The notes under the pieces were generated by a model. That model made no database searches. It saw only the letters and a list, made by a program, of their open reading frames with translations, and had not been told where the DNA came from. A stretch of DNA of 63,358 nucleotides from Octopus bimaculoides (taxonomy: Eukaryota), in the NCBI RefSeq assembly GCF_001194135.2, contig NC_068983.1:142416195-142479552 (forward strand), given 5' to 3'. Positions 24,673 through 38,219 of the stretch are shown here, piece by piece. Position 1 is the first letter of the stretch; the number at the start of each line of letters is the position of its first letter. Both the position numbers and the translations under genes were made by a program.

Positions 24673-25729
24673 TTTTTACCCTTTTTCGTTCTTTTATCAT
24701 TTTAGAGAACATGAAGCACACCCAGCGCATACACACACAAGTTGGTTTATGTCAGACCAATAGAAGAGGCTTGCTCAACACGTGTGTGTGTGTATCTGCG
24801 TGTGTGTATGTGTGTGTGTGTGTGCATCTAAACTGATGGATCCTCGATTTCCATCAATTAAAGCTCCTTCTCATAGAATTATAGCGTAAGTAGCTGGGCA
24901 CTCCATAGACCAGTATACCCCTACCGTATTTCTCAGGCAGAATCAGCTTAACTCAATTTGTATCTTTGAATTACACGAATTCAGCTGAATTACACGAATT
25001 CCGCCCACCTTACATCATTTTCGTACCAAAGAGAAAAGTCCGCTTGATTTTATTTTTATTTTGTTTTGAAAACAGCGGCCATTCAACACGTTGGAGTTCG
25101 GCTTTATGTACTCTTTTCCCCTCTCTCTCTCTCTCTCNNNNNNNNNNNNNNNNNNNNNNNNNNNNNNNNNNNNNNNNNNNNNNNNNNNNNNNNNNNNNNN
25201 NNNNNNNNNNNNNNNNNNNNNNNNNNNNNNNNNNNNNNNNNNNNNNNNNNNNNNNNNNNNNNNNNNNNNNNNNNNNNNNNNNNNNNNNNNNNNNNNNNNN
25301 NNNNNNNNNNNNNNNNNNNNNNNNNNNNNNNNNNNNNNNNNNNNNNNNNNNNNNNNNNNNNNNNNNNNNNNNNNNNNNNNNNNNNNNNNNNNNNNNNNNN
25401 NNNNNNNNNNNNNNNNNNNNNNNNNNNNNNNNNNNNNNNNNNNNNNNNNNNNNNNNNNNNNNNNNNNNNNNNNNNNNNNNNNNNNNNNNNNNNNNNNNNN
25501 NNNNNNNNNNNNNNNNNNNNNNNNNNNNNNNNNNNNNNNNNNNNNNNNNNNNNNNNNNNNNNNNNNNNNNNNNNNNNNNNNNNNNNNNNNNNNNNNNNNN
25601 NNNNNNNNNNNNNNNNNNNNNNNNNNNNNNNNNNNNNNNNNNNNNNNNNNNNNNNNNNNNNNNNNNNNNNNNNNNNNNNNNNNTATGTCGTCTTCGACGG
25701 GAGATTCCATCTTATATAAAAGATCAAAG

Positions 25730-26063
25730 ATCCCCCACCCCTTCGGTCACGAATGACCATGGGATTTCACCGAGATGCTTCCCCTCCGTGGCACAAGTCT
25801 GGGCAAAGATTGTTTGCGGAAGATCAGCAGTCGCCCATGCATACCCTGCATACCAGCAACCCATCTCCACGTCACCGATGTTATCTAAGGGAAATAGAAA
25901 AGCCGATACAGCTTGGCACCAGTGACTTTGCAACTCATTTCTACAGCTGAGTGAACTGAAGCAACGTGTCTTGCTCAAGAACACAACACACTGCCCGGTC
26001 CAGGAATCGAACTTACAACTTCAAGATTGTAAGCCCGTCAGTCTGCCCACAGAACCATGCGCC
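25730..26063 (-). mobile_element. tRNA-derived SINE family C (inside the left arm of an inverted duplication)
   Basis: B box GTTCGATTCC and TGTGTTCTTGAGCAAG core; reverse complement of 31075-31410. Confidence 0.88.
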
Positions 26064-26367
26064 TATAAATTTAGTATTAATTGCCAGAAAAAAAGAGTAC
26101 TCAGTACTATGGTAGAGATTAATAATATTTTAGAGATTAATAATATTTCAAAATCGACTTTTGAAAATGACAGGAAGTATTTGCCTTCCGTATAAATATA
26201 CTTTTAAAATGAAATATTATTAACAGATGCATAAACACACACACATGTACAAACATATGCACGTACTTACATATACTTGGGCTTTACATACATAAATACA
26301 AACATGTACATACATACGTACGTAATTATGTACATGCATACATACGTAAGTAACGTAAATACGTACG

Positions 26368-26432
<65 letters not shown>

Positions 26433-26828
26433 CGATCTTAAACTGTGTATTAAACAAGTGTTAACTGGCCATCAGGCTACTTCAAGTTGTTTGTTTCCAT
26501 ATCTTGAATGTCCAAAAGGAAGTAAGACAACCAGCCCTCCTAACCTATCCTAGATAATGACTGAAAAACAGTCCAAACAGGAAATTCTTTTCTCTTCAAT
26601 GACACTAGAAGCTCACAATTGCTCACAATTCTGGAGTGTCGTTTGTTTGGTTCATGTAGCTTTTCTGCAAAGGGAGTGTTTCTGCTCAAAAACATCAATC
26701 CATAACAACGCAAGTCAGCGAACACTAATTTGTCAGTGTTAATTCTAATGTGTAAATACGTAAATAAACATGTCATTACATCTGCCACTTCATATTATTG
26801 TCGTCGTTGTTGTTGTTGCTGTTGTTCT

Positions 26829-26880
<52 letters not shown>

Positions 26881-28579
26881 ATTTAGCCCCAGGTCAGCCT
26901 TGGTCGAACAAATGTATATAGGTTACAAGCATTTCAGATTGTTTTGTTTTGTTTTGTTTTTTTTACGCTGCTATAGTAAGAAATCATGCGGCTGCATAAA
27001 GTCTCCTTCGTTCACTCGTACTGTATTCCTGCCGTGATATCATAACCTGCAATTCGGTGAATGGAGTAGTGTAGTGTTATATGTCATATATGAGGAATTG
27101 ATGTAGCATGGTGCTGGTTTAATGCGGTGGTCTATGGATGTGTATATCATTTGCGTAACGCAGTAATATAGTGTGATGGTCGTCTATGTTGTTGCTGTTG
27201 TTTAACGCTACAGCCTTCCAAGTCAATCAGATCAACATCATTCTCGCCTAGGTCAGCTAGTCATTTTAAAGACATCTAGATGGGCAAGTAGTTGAAACGT
27301 TTACTTCGCAATCACGAGGTTCCCAAGTTCGATCCTATTGCTTGGTACCTGACGTAAATATATTTTGCCATAACCTCGAGCTGACCCAATTGTTTTACAA
27401 TAACCAGGTTGATCCATAGCCAGAAACTAAAGAGAAGCCCATCAAATCCACCCATAATTCAAATGACCACCCTTGTCACATACACTGTTTCACACGGATT
27501 CTATCAAAAGATTGTGTTAAGGGTACAAATGTCTGTGGAATACTCAGACACTTATATAAGAATGGAATAAGCGGAGCAAGAGAACACACGAAGACAGTAA
27601 GTATCGCTGAAAAGTTAAAGATGTGTGACAAAAGATTTCCGGACAATGGACATGAGTTACAATAAGAACATTAATAAACGAGTGAATATATAGTACGTGT
27701 GTTTATTTGACAAAAAAATATGACCATCCCGAAATACAACCATATATAATAATTCTTGTTTACCAATTCTGAACATTTCAATAGAGTTTTGGGAAAGCTG
27801 CACAATAGGTAAAGATAAGTACCAGGATAAGAATCAATATTTGTGTAGGGGTGCAGCACAATGAGTAATATTCACTGCAATTTTTACAAATGTTCTCTAC
27901 CTTACAAAAGCTTTTTATATCAGCTAAGCAAATTACTTTCTCTAAATGCATTAAAAACACTGACAGAAAATTATCTTCGTTCTCTTTAGACAAATTTAGA
28001 TGGGGCAAAATGAGTAAGATAAGATAAGGTAAATTTGCCCCTTTAAAATCTCTAGAATCAAATTTTAAAAAGACTCATTCACATTGTTGTCTCGAGCTAC
28101 TGCTATCTAGCACCTTCGGATGATCTCTACTCAACCGCTACGCAACTGCTACTGAACACTCCTACCACGGCCAGACTACCTCTATTGGGGGCGTCGACAC
28201 AACACACATCAATATCCATGCCTAAACATGAGAAAGATCAAAAATGCAAAATAAGTTTTAAATAACTTGGAAAAGAAATCATGGAAAAATGTCACATGAC
28301 ATGAAATTACTGAAACTCGACTAAATGTAAAGATTCAACGTAAAATTTTCTGTATAGCTTCTTCACGAAATGTTGGAGTGGCTCTCTTCCTGATATATCT
28401 ACGCATCACGCCGTTAAAGAGAAGAGATTATTGAAATTAGTCATTACTCATTTTGCCCACTTTAAACATTTTTATTTTGTTAAACACCAAAACTTTTCCT
28501 GATATTTTATTAGCAACTTCAGTTACAATCGAGTCAAAGTTGAGGAAAAATTTCTTGAAAGAAAAGTGCTTGTCACACA

Positions 28580-29010
28580 TGTTTCAAACTCTCTCATCTT
28601 GAGCAACAACTATGCTGACCAATTGTTACTCCCAACGATGATGACGCAACAGTACAAAATGATGATGCAATATCTGCAATTTCATGATTTCAAACAGGTA
28701 GAGCGAAAAATAACAAGAAATCAGAAATTATTAATTTTTCCCTGGGTTATCCCGAAATCTGACAGTTCCCTGAGAAACGAACATCGAAAATGCTTTTCTC
28801 GGGAAAGACAGAAAATACAGTGAGTTGATTGAACTTTGTGAAAACAGTGGATGGGGTGCAAAACGCTTTTTTGTGTAGATAACTGTTGGAAGATTTTCAG
28901 AAGTCTTAGGCTGACTGTAAAGGACAGAAACGTTGTTAGAAAATTGTCTGAAGCCACTGAGAATGTAAGCCATTATATTTGACTCATGAGAAGGGAAGAG
29001 TGGTGCAGCT
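28580..29010 (+). mobile_element. HERO/NeSL-like RLE retrotransposon C-terminal remnant
   Basis: HILSN..., then LTVP*ETNIENAFLGKDRKYSELIELCENSGWGAK...KLSEATENVSHYI*LMRREEW, resembling ELTVPWE...RKxxKY...CxxxGW. The GC-richer sequence to ~29220 may be its 3' UTR. Confidence 0.62.
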
Positions 29011-29400
29011 AGAACAAGCATTACTGATGGGAGAAGCATTTAGTCCTGAGTCAATAATGCTCCCGTTGTTGTGTAGGAGTTTTGTCACCTACATCGGTGG
29101 TTGACCCTGAGTGGCACTGGTGACGCGGCGGAATGAATCGAATCACCTACACAACTGCTTCCCCACTTGATGAGTCGTTGATTCCAGCATCCGAAGACGA
29201 AGTACACAGCAGCACCCTCAGTATACTAGAGTTTACCATAGCTTCAAAAGAACTATAGAAGGCGTAATCAATTTCTCATATAGACAGTACAGATTATTAA
29301 TTGAAAATTCATCGCGAAATCCAACAGAGGATGCATTTCATATATAAACATGTATGTGCATATGAGTGAGAGAGAGAGAGAGAAAGAGAGGGGAGAGGAG

Positions 29401-29504
<104 letters not shown>

Positions 29505-29928
29505 NNNNNNNNNNNNNNNNNNNNNNNNNNNNNNNNNNNNNNNNNNNNNNNNNNNNNNNNNNNNNNNNNNNNNNNNNNNNNNNNNNNNNNNNNNNNNNNN
29601 NNNNNNNNNNNNNNNNNNNNNNNNNNNNNNNNNNNNNNNNNNNNNNNNNNNNNNNNNNNNNNNNNNNNNNNNNNNNNNNNNNNNNNNNNNNNNNNNNNNN
29701 NNNNNNNNNNNNNNNNNNNNNNNNNNNNNNNNNNNNNNNNNNNNNNNNNNNNNNNNNNNNNNNNNNNNNNNNNNNNNNNNNNNNNNNNNNNNNNNNNNNN
29801 NNNNNNNNNNNNNNNNNNNNNNNNNNNNNNNNNNNNNNNNNNNNNNNNNNNNNNNNNNNNNNNNNNNNNNNNNNNNNNNNNNNNNNNNNNNNNNNNNNNN
29901 NNNNNNNNNNNNNNNNNNNNNNNNAAAG

Positions 29929-30059
<131 letters not shown>

Positions 30060-31074
30060 GAGTGTGTGTGTAAATGAGACAGAGAGAATGTGTGTAACAG
30101 AGGCAGAGAGGGGAACTGACAGATGGAAAGACAGACAGAGAGCGAGATAACATCATTGCTGTAGATAAAAGAAGTATAATAAATGACATGGATACCCGCA
30201 ATTCGAGATAATTCTACGAAATTCGATGTGTTGCTTTGTCATCGTATCCTGAAGGGTATCTCGAAAATAATAGCATTCTCTACATGTATGTATGTATGTA
30301 TGTATGTATGTATGTATGTATGTATGTATGCCTGTGTTTGTGTATATGCTATATTTTGTGATAAATGATGACATCCTTTTGTTTTCTAAGTTCAAACTCC
30401 ATCCAAGGCCACACTGCTTTTCTTTCTTAGGTGGTCTAAAAATATATATCAGTCTATACATTCGGGCTGATGTGATCGGCTGTACCCTGGAAGCCAAACA
30501 CCAATAATTGAAACCAGTCAGCAACCATGGCATCTGATCGATTAAGGCTTGTTGAATGGAATTTGGTCGACAGAAATTGTGCGGAAGCTAGTCTCTTGCA
30601 AGGCACTCCCTACTCACTCGCCCACCCTACTTTCGTCACCGCTTCAGGGATGCACTAAACCCCACACCCACTCCTTCTAAACCAGAGCATCTACCCACAA
30701 GAAATTCCATCCCTGCACGTGTGATTTTTTTTTCTGCAGCTGTCAGTTTGCAAGAGTTCAAGCGGAATGTTAATAGCCTCAATTTCAACGGTCTCAGAGG
30801 ACCTACAAAGACCTTGAGCACAGCCCCGTTACTTCATGTTAAACCAATTAAAATGAATTATTTCAGAGCGTGAGTGAGCCATTTTGAATAAGTTTTATTC
30901 CACTACACTTCACCATATCAAGCAAGCTGTGACTCAGGACTTGCCTGAAGATCCTATGCACCTACAGCTGAAACTCAGAGGACCAAAAGACTAACTCGAC
31001 CAAACTAAATTATTATTAATCTCTACCATAGTACTGAGTACTCTTTTTTTCTGACAATTAATACTAAATATATA

Positions 31075-31410
31075 GGCGCATGTCACAGTGGGCTGAGCGA
31101 CGGGCTTACAATCTTGAAGTTGTGAGTTCGATTCCTGGACCGGGCAGTGTGTTGTGTTCTTGAGCAAGAAACGTTGCTCCAGTTCACTTAGCTGTAGAAA
31201 TGAGTTGCAGCGTCACTGGTGCCAAGCTGTATCGGCTTTTCCCTTTCCCTTAGATAACATCGGTGACGTGGAGATGGGTTGCTGGTATGCAGGGCATGCA
31301 TGGGCGACTGCTGATCTTCCGCAAACTATCTTTGCCCAGACTCGTGCCATGGAGGGGAAGCATCTCGGTGCAATCCCATGGTCATTCGTGACCGAAGGGG
31401 TGGGGGATCT
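31075..31410 (+). mobile_element. SINE family C (inside the right arm of the inverted duplication)
   Basis: GGCGCATG...GAGTTCGATTCCTGGACCGGGCAGTGTGTTGTGTTCTTGAGCAAG. Confidence 0.88.
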
Positions 31411-31539
31411 TTGATCTTTTATATAAGATGGAATCTCCCGTCGAAGACGACATATGAGTACTCAGCTTTTGCAAAACAATCTACACAAATGGGTTTTTAT
31501 TTATTTATTGCGGTCTAATGTATGTGCTGTACGTTAGCT

Positions 31540-31686
31540 CAAATCGACCTTGTCAGATGTCGAAGTGATCGCAGAGCAATGCGAAACGAAGTGTTTTTGC
31601 TCAAGAACACAACGCACTACCTGGTCCGGGAATTGAAACCACACTCTCACGATCGTGAGTGCAACACTCTACCCACTGGACAACGC
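31540..31686 (-). mobile_element. SINE family C-related head fragment
   Basis: TTGCTCAAGAACACAACGCACTACCTGGTCCGGGAATTGAAACCAC is homologous to the family C head. Confidence 0.7.
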
Positions 31687-31819
31687 GGGGAACAGACAGA
31701 TGGAAAGACAGACAAAGAGCGAGATAACATCATTGCTGTAGATAAAAGAAGAGCTAAGTTCCTGTGACGAGCCTACGAAACTTTAAGTTACATGGGGAAG
31801 AATATAACCGTTTTAAATA

Positions 31820-31873
<54 letters not shown>

Positions 31874-31993
31874 GACAGAAGTAAATAGACACCCCATAAA
31901 ACATCGTTTTATGTTTATTCTAGCATGTAAAGATTTATATTTTTTATTAATTGACATTTTTATGTTTCAGGTTCTATATGTGACTGTTTAATC

Positions 31994-32701
31994 ATGCCAT
32001 GTACAATAAAAACCTTGGAACTGTCTGAATTTCAAAGAGGCCGTATTGTGGGTCATTCTGAAAGTAGACATAGCATAAAATCACAGAAAACCTTGGGATC
32101 CTGCTCTCTACAGTTAATTGAGTGATTGTGCAATTCACCAGAGAGAGAAAGGAATCCACGTCACTTCACTCAGATCAACCAGGGCCCTCTGACGGGATCC
32201 TTCTCTTTGCTAAGAGAAGTGTGGAGGATAATCCTCGTTGCAAGGCCTCTGACATAGTAGAACAAGTGGATGCCAGTCCCACAACAGCTGACAGGCATCT
32301 ATACAAACTTGGTGACCATAGCAGAGCAGCAAGAAGGAAGCCACTTCTTCGACCAGCCAACATCAAGCAGAGAAAAGATTGGGCCAGTGAGATGGTGAAG
32401 AGGTCACTAGCTTTTTGGGACACTGTCATATTCTCTGACGAGTCCAGATTTGTTGTATTTCCTGACAGTGGTCGAGTGTGGGTCTGGAGATTCTGTGATC
32501 AAGAATTTGATGTGAAAAGATTGCAGCCAACAATGAAATATGGCAGCTATTCTGTGCTGGTCTAGGGAACAATTTGGAGCAATGGTCGATCAGAGCTGGT
32601 GGAGTGTGAGGGAAACATAAACTCAGATAAATATGTGTCCATATTGCAGAAAGGACTCCTTCCAATCTTCTCCGGTGGTGAAATGATTAAAGAAGACTCT
32701 T
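31994..32701 (+). pseudogene. Tc1 transposase (different subfamily), cut by gap
   Basis: LELSEFQRGRIVG...AARRKPLL...WDTVIFSDESRF...RVWVWR...LQPTMKYG...[19 protein letters not shown]. Confidence 0.92.
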
Positions 32702-33138
32702 NNNNNNNNNNNNNNNNNNNNNNNNNNNNNNNNNNNNNNNNNNNNNNNNNNNNNNNNNNNNNNNNNNNNNNNNNNNNNNNNNNNNNNNNNNNNNNNNNNN
32801 NNNNNNNNNNNNNNNNNNNNNNNNNNNNNNNNNNNNNNNNNNNNNNNNNNNNNNNNNNNNNNNNNNNNNNNNNNNNNNNNNNNNNNNNNNNNNNNNNNNN
32901 NNNNNNNNNNNNNNNNNNNNNNNNNNNNNNNNNNNNNNNNNNNNNNNNNNNNNNNNNNNNNNNNNNNNNNNNNNNNNNNNNNNNNNNNNNNNNNNNNNNN
33001 NNNNNNNNNNNNNNNNNNNNNNNNNNNNNNNNNNNNNNNNNNNNNNNNNNNNNNNNNNNNNNNNNNNNNNNNNNNNNNNNNNNNNNNNNNNNNNNNNNNN
33101 NNNNNNNNNNNNNNNNNNNNNNNNNNNNNNNNNNNNNN

Positions 33139-33176
<38 letters not shown>

Positions 33177-34981
33177 TGTGTGTGTGCCGGCATGTCAAGT
33201 CGATAAGCTACCAGGCTTTCCATTGAAGTATCGGTTGTTACATCGACTCTTCAAGTTGATAGCCTGATAGCTTACACAAACCACTAATACATATATCCGT
33301 GACATACTTAATCCTCAATGATTTAAGGATAGTCACAACAATGTAGACAGCCTGCTACGCTCTATGTCGGTGTGAATCAGACTTTTAATAAAGCAGAACA
33401 AGTGCTGGTGACGGCGTCGTCAGCGGTCATGCTGGTGAAAATGATTAAGTCTCTTAAAGTCAAATCTAATTCAATAGACCAATGATGAAAGGGCTGAAAG
33501 ATATTCCAAATATGACTATCCTGTTTTCTTCTTTTAAATACATAACGTGTCTATGGCTACATTATCCTAAGTGTCCTTCCTTGTTTTTGAGGTAAAAGGA
33601 TTTGTTTGATGAAGTTTTGAAGACAATGTTAATGGCGTTGATATTGCATAAACTCCAAGTCAAATAATTCTGAGTATACTAAAAGGCATTCCGGTTGTGA
33701 CCATCCCGTCTTTCTAGGGTCATGTCGGACTCTATTATTTAATTTGTCATTTTCATACTTAAGACAGCAGGGTGTGATTGGAAGTGACTTGACTCGTGAT
33801 GTTGTTGTTGTAGTTTAGCTCCAGATCAACTCTGGGTTGGCAAACCCATGATCAAAGACATTCCAATCATGATAACGCCGTCTTTTCAGCGGGGATGTCT
33901 GAGAATATATTACCTAACGTAACCTTACCTTACTAAAGATAATAGGAAATTATTTGAGCGATATTAGGCTGCTTTTTCGATCGACAAAGCAAAAGTTCCA
34001 GCAGATAGTTTTGAAAATGGAAGTAGCCATAATGCTCTTGTTGCCTACATTCAAATCAGTCATGACTGAACCGACTTTTAATCAATGTTGCTCCAGTTGT
34101 GCCATGATTCAAGGTAAATCTGATGACAAACTTTTAATGGGCGCGGTCACATAATGGCACACTGATTCAGGCGTGAAACGTGATATATTTTATGTTCTAA
34201 ATGTGACTCAAACCACAAAGCAATAAAAAGCCACGGCCAGGCCTGTTCAAAGCGGGCAATAAATATATGCCGGATGTGAAATGTATGCCACGTTTCATAG
34301 TGTATATTTAGTATTTTAGTAACCAATGCTAAGCACATATGATTTATATATGGGTTACGGGTAAATACAGGTACATGTAGAGTGGATAAGAAACACAACA
34401 GAATAAAAGAACTAAAACTACTTATATAAATATACGTAATTCTTTGTCAAAGAAACCTCCCTCTCAAACTATCTAACAGTAAATAGTCCGTAAGAAATAG
34501 TCCGTACGAAAGCTCCTTTTCTTTATAATAAGGTTGGCAGGTCCACCTGAAATTGTGAGCCCCTCCTAACTGGAAGATCTGTGCTCACTTTTCACTGCAA
34601 GGAGCAACAGCACTGTAAAACAGACGAAAGTATATCCTTAACTTGCAGTCAGCTGGTACAATTTAAAGAATGATCGATGTTACACAGCCAACTTGATGCA
34701 GAGCCACCAGAGCGGCTTGTGTCATGCTGTTGCCGCTGCTGCTGCTACTGTTGCTGGTACTGCTGCTGTTGTTGTTGTTGTTGTTGTTGTTGTTTTGTTA
34801 TCCTTGATCAGCAGACCATCCATTTTTTATCCAGCAATAATAAATCTACGACTATCGTTTACCAAAGTCTTTTTTTTTTCAGGACGGTACGAATGAGTGT
34901 GAATTTACGTCACGGAAGTGTCATGATAGTCATTTAAAATGCACATATATCGTAACGTACAAATGAATGCATGCTTATATA

Positions 34982-36085
34982 CGAAGATGGCCTGAAAGAT
35001 TCGTAGGCTGACTATGAAGAAATGATGCTAAAGCTGTGAAATTTTGCATGCATTAATTTCAACCCTTCTTACTAATAACGGCATAGTTTCTTTCCAGGTA
35101 AACTAACACCTAGTTGTTCAAAGAAGACTTCAAAAATAATTAGTAGCGACTTCTCTTGAAAATGGACAAAATTTGGCATCGTGGTGTTATCAAGCATCTG
35201 CTGGAAAAGGGTTTAGATGCCAGGAACATTCATGATTATATGCTTGCTACATTAGGGGATCATGCTCCAGCTTTATCAACAATGCAAAAGTGGCCAGCTG
35301 GACTTAGGAGGGAAGGGAAGGAAATCTTGAAGATGGCCCAAAGTCTGCAACTGCCACCACCAAGGAAAACCTTGATCATGTTCACTACATGCTGATGGAT
35401 GATAGGCGATTGACTATAAACCAAATATTCTGCGCAATGAATTTGTCATGACGAAGATTTCTGCTCGGTAGGTGTCACTCTACTGACACCCGACCAAAAG
35501 TGCACCAGGCTGATCACATCACGAGAAAATTTGACATTGATTAAGGCGGATTTAACTGGTTTCCTTGAACGTTTCCTAAACCGGGATGAGTGTTGGCTTC
35601 ATCACTTTGAGCTAAAGACAAAGAGACAATCTATGCAGGGACCCACCACCCCTCAGCTGCTCCAAAGAAAGCCAAGAGCGTTACATCTGAAGGGAAGGTA
35701 ATGGTCTCAGTTTCTTTGCGATGCAAAAGGCATTGTGTTTATTGACTCAAATGGCATTGTATTAGTTGACTATCTTCAAAAGGGCTACAACATCAATGGA
35801 AAGTACTATACCAACTTGCTGAGGCAGTTATGAAACGCTATCAAAACCAAACTCCCAGGAAATCTGACGAAAGGGGTTATGCTCCATCAGGACATTGCTC
35901 CAACACACAAGTCCTTGGTTTCAATAGCTGCTGTGCGTGACTGTGGCTTTGAACTGGTTGATCAAATTCCCTATTCTCCTGATTTGGCCCCATCTGACAA
36001 TCATCTGTTCCCCAATATTAAAAAAAAAACACTTGGCTGGGAACCAGTATCACAATGATGACGACGTTATATCTGCTATTGTTAC
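34982..36085 (+). mobile_element. mariner (DD34D) element, 5' TIR plus decayed transposase, 3' truncated
   Basis: TA|CGAAGATGGCCTGAAAGATTCGTAGGCTGAC TIR; MDKIWHRGVIK, NRDECWLHHF and PYSPDLAPSDNHLFP motifs. Confidence 0.9.
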
Positions 36086-37099
36086 CAGTTACCCCACCCT
36101 GGTATGCTTTCTTGTATATATTACGATATTCTCAGTCTTGAAGGGGAGAAAGGTTAGAGCCCCAAAGGCAATGGTAGAAGTAAGTGAAAACAGTTCTAAC
36201 TGGATCTAGTCAAGTAGGTACAAAAGTGAACTTCAGAAGGCATAGCTTTCCCTATTTACAAATTGTGTCTGACAGTTACGTAGTTACAACATTCACCCTA
36301 AAAGTGACTTAGCTTTCAGGCACTTGATCACTTTGGAGGACGTAGATTCGAACCAGAAATCAAAAAATGGGTGCAATCCGGCCCACTTAGAATGTCCGGA
36401 GTCAAGAGCCGAAACACTTATATAAAGCCATGAGCAAGTTCTTTTCTGAAAATTTTATACAGTTCAGCTCTCCCTAAAATTTCTTACTACTTCTATATAC
36501 TTAGTATCCAACGATTACGTCAAACATCTACGAATTAGAATTTGACACAGGGACATTGACCAGATCGCAGATGTATGACGTAGAAGTTTAAAACTTTATG
36601 GTATATAATACGAACACTAAAAGTGTATATAACGGATATATGCGTATATGTATGTGAGAGTATGAGTGTGTATGTATGTATGTATGTATGTATGCTTTTC
36701 ATCCCGCAAAGGGCGGTGGAACTCTTGCGAGTCAACGGCCATCCAATATGTGTGTAGTTATGTATTTACTCTATATCCTCCACTTTTTTTCTCACTAATT
36801 TTAGATATTGTAAATTTTAACAGTTTGCTCATTATATATATAAATAAAAAGAAAGAGAGAGAGAAGAAAACAAAGAGAAAAAGAAAAAAAGGAGAAAAGA
36901 ACTTTTTTTTTTTTCATGGTTTGCTCATATTTTATGTAAATTTTTATAGTTTGTTCATTATATAGATTTTTTCATGTATTCCATATCGCTATATCGTATA
37001 TTTTATGTATATATTGTATATCAACATTAAATTTTTTNNNNNNNNNNCCCCCCCCCCCAGCTTAAGGCTGTTTTTATTTTTTTTATCCAGCTTAATGCT

Positions 37100-37385
37100 G
37101 TTTTTTTTTTTGCGCGGGGACATAGAAATAATCGGACTGAATACCCGATCGCGCGGTTAAACCATTGAGAGTGAAGGACCCCTAGCCCTTGTTAGGGCAT
37201 CTTTCTAGGTGAAGGTCTCAGGCAACTGGGATCACTCCGACATAAAACCTGCAGCTCAGTGTTTACCGATGATGTTGAATTGTTCTTCTTTTCGGGTTAT
37301 GGCTACTGTTGCTTAGTGAGTGGGATTGACTCAGTGCACAGCCTTTCCTCACTTTAAAAAAAAATTTTCTTGCACAGGCACTGCA
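37100..37385. repeat. Unclassified GC-richer structured segment, possibly a LINE 5' UTR
   Basis: Composition shift with short hairpins (GCCCT-TGTT-AGGGC; TCGG-...-CCGA). Family assignment is from recollection only. Confidence 0.3.
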
Positions 37386-38219
37386 CGATAACAACATGGA
37401 TTGATTGATTAACCAATTAACAAATTGATGATTGTTGATAGTGCTGTAAGTCTCAACCGAATGGCTGGTTGTAGCCTTAAAAAGCAAACAATCAATGATG
37501 TACCAAAACAGTAAAAAAATAAATGGCAGTAAGGACTCTGGGACCACATCAGATGAAAGAGTCTGGCCCGGCAGGGTATCCAGAGCATCACAGTCTAAAC
37601 CCGGCCGTCATCATGCTACTGTGATAGAACCAAATAGCTTCGTGAAATGGCCATACTCGATAACGAGGGGGCAGCCATCATGTATGTATGTATGCTTGTA
37701 TTATGTGCAGGCTTGATAAGTACCAACACACGTAACTATNNNNNNNNNNNNNNNNNNNNNNNNNNNNNNNNNNNNNNNNNNNNNNNNNNNNNNNNNNNNN
37801 NNNNNNNNNNNNNNNNNNNNNNNNNNNNNNNNNNNNNNNNNNNNNNNNNNNNNNNNNNNNNNNNNNNNNNNNNNNNNNNNNNNNNNNNNNNNNNNNNNNN
37901 NNNNNNNNNNNNNNNNNNNNNNNNNNNNNNNNNNNNNNNNNNNNNNNNNNNNNNNNNNNNNNNNNNNNNNNNNNNNNNNNNNNNNNNNNNNNNNNNNNNN
38001 NNNNNNNNNNNNNNNNNNNNNNNNNNNNNNNNNNNNNNNNNNNNNNNNNNNNNNNNNNNNNNNNNNNNNNNNNNNNNNNNNNNNNNNNNNNNNNNNNNNN
38101 NNNNNNNNAGAGAGAGAGATATTATTTTTGTATAATCTGAAATAGAATACCCGTATATCGATTAATCCCCAAAAATTGAATATTGACTTTTATCAGATAC
38201 TTTGTATATTTATAGATAA

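Noticed and set aside
29160-29215. Hammerhead-like TTGATGAGTC...GACGAAGTAC
   Set aside because: Two invariant core positions differ (C3, A14) and stems I and III are unconvincing. At most a decayed motif in the HERO-like tail.
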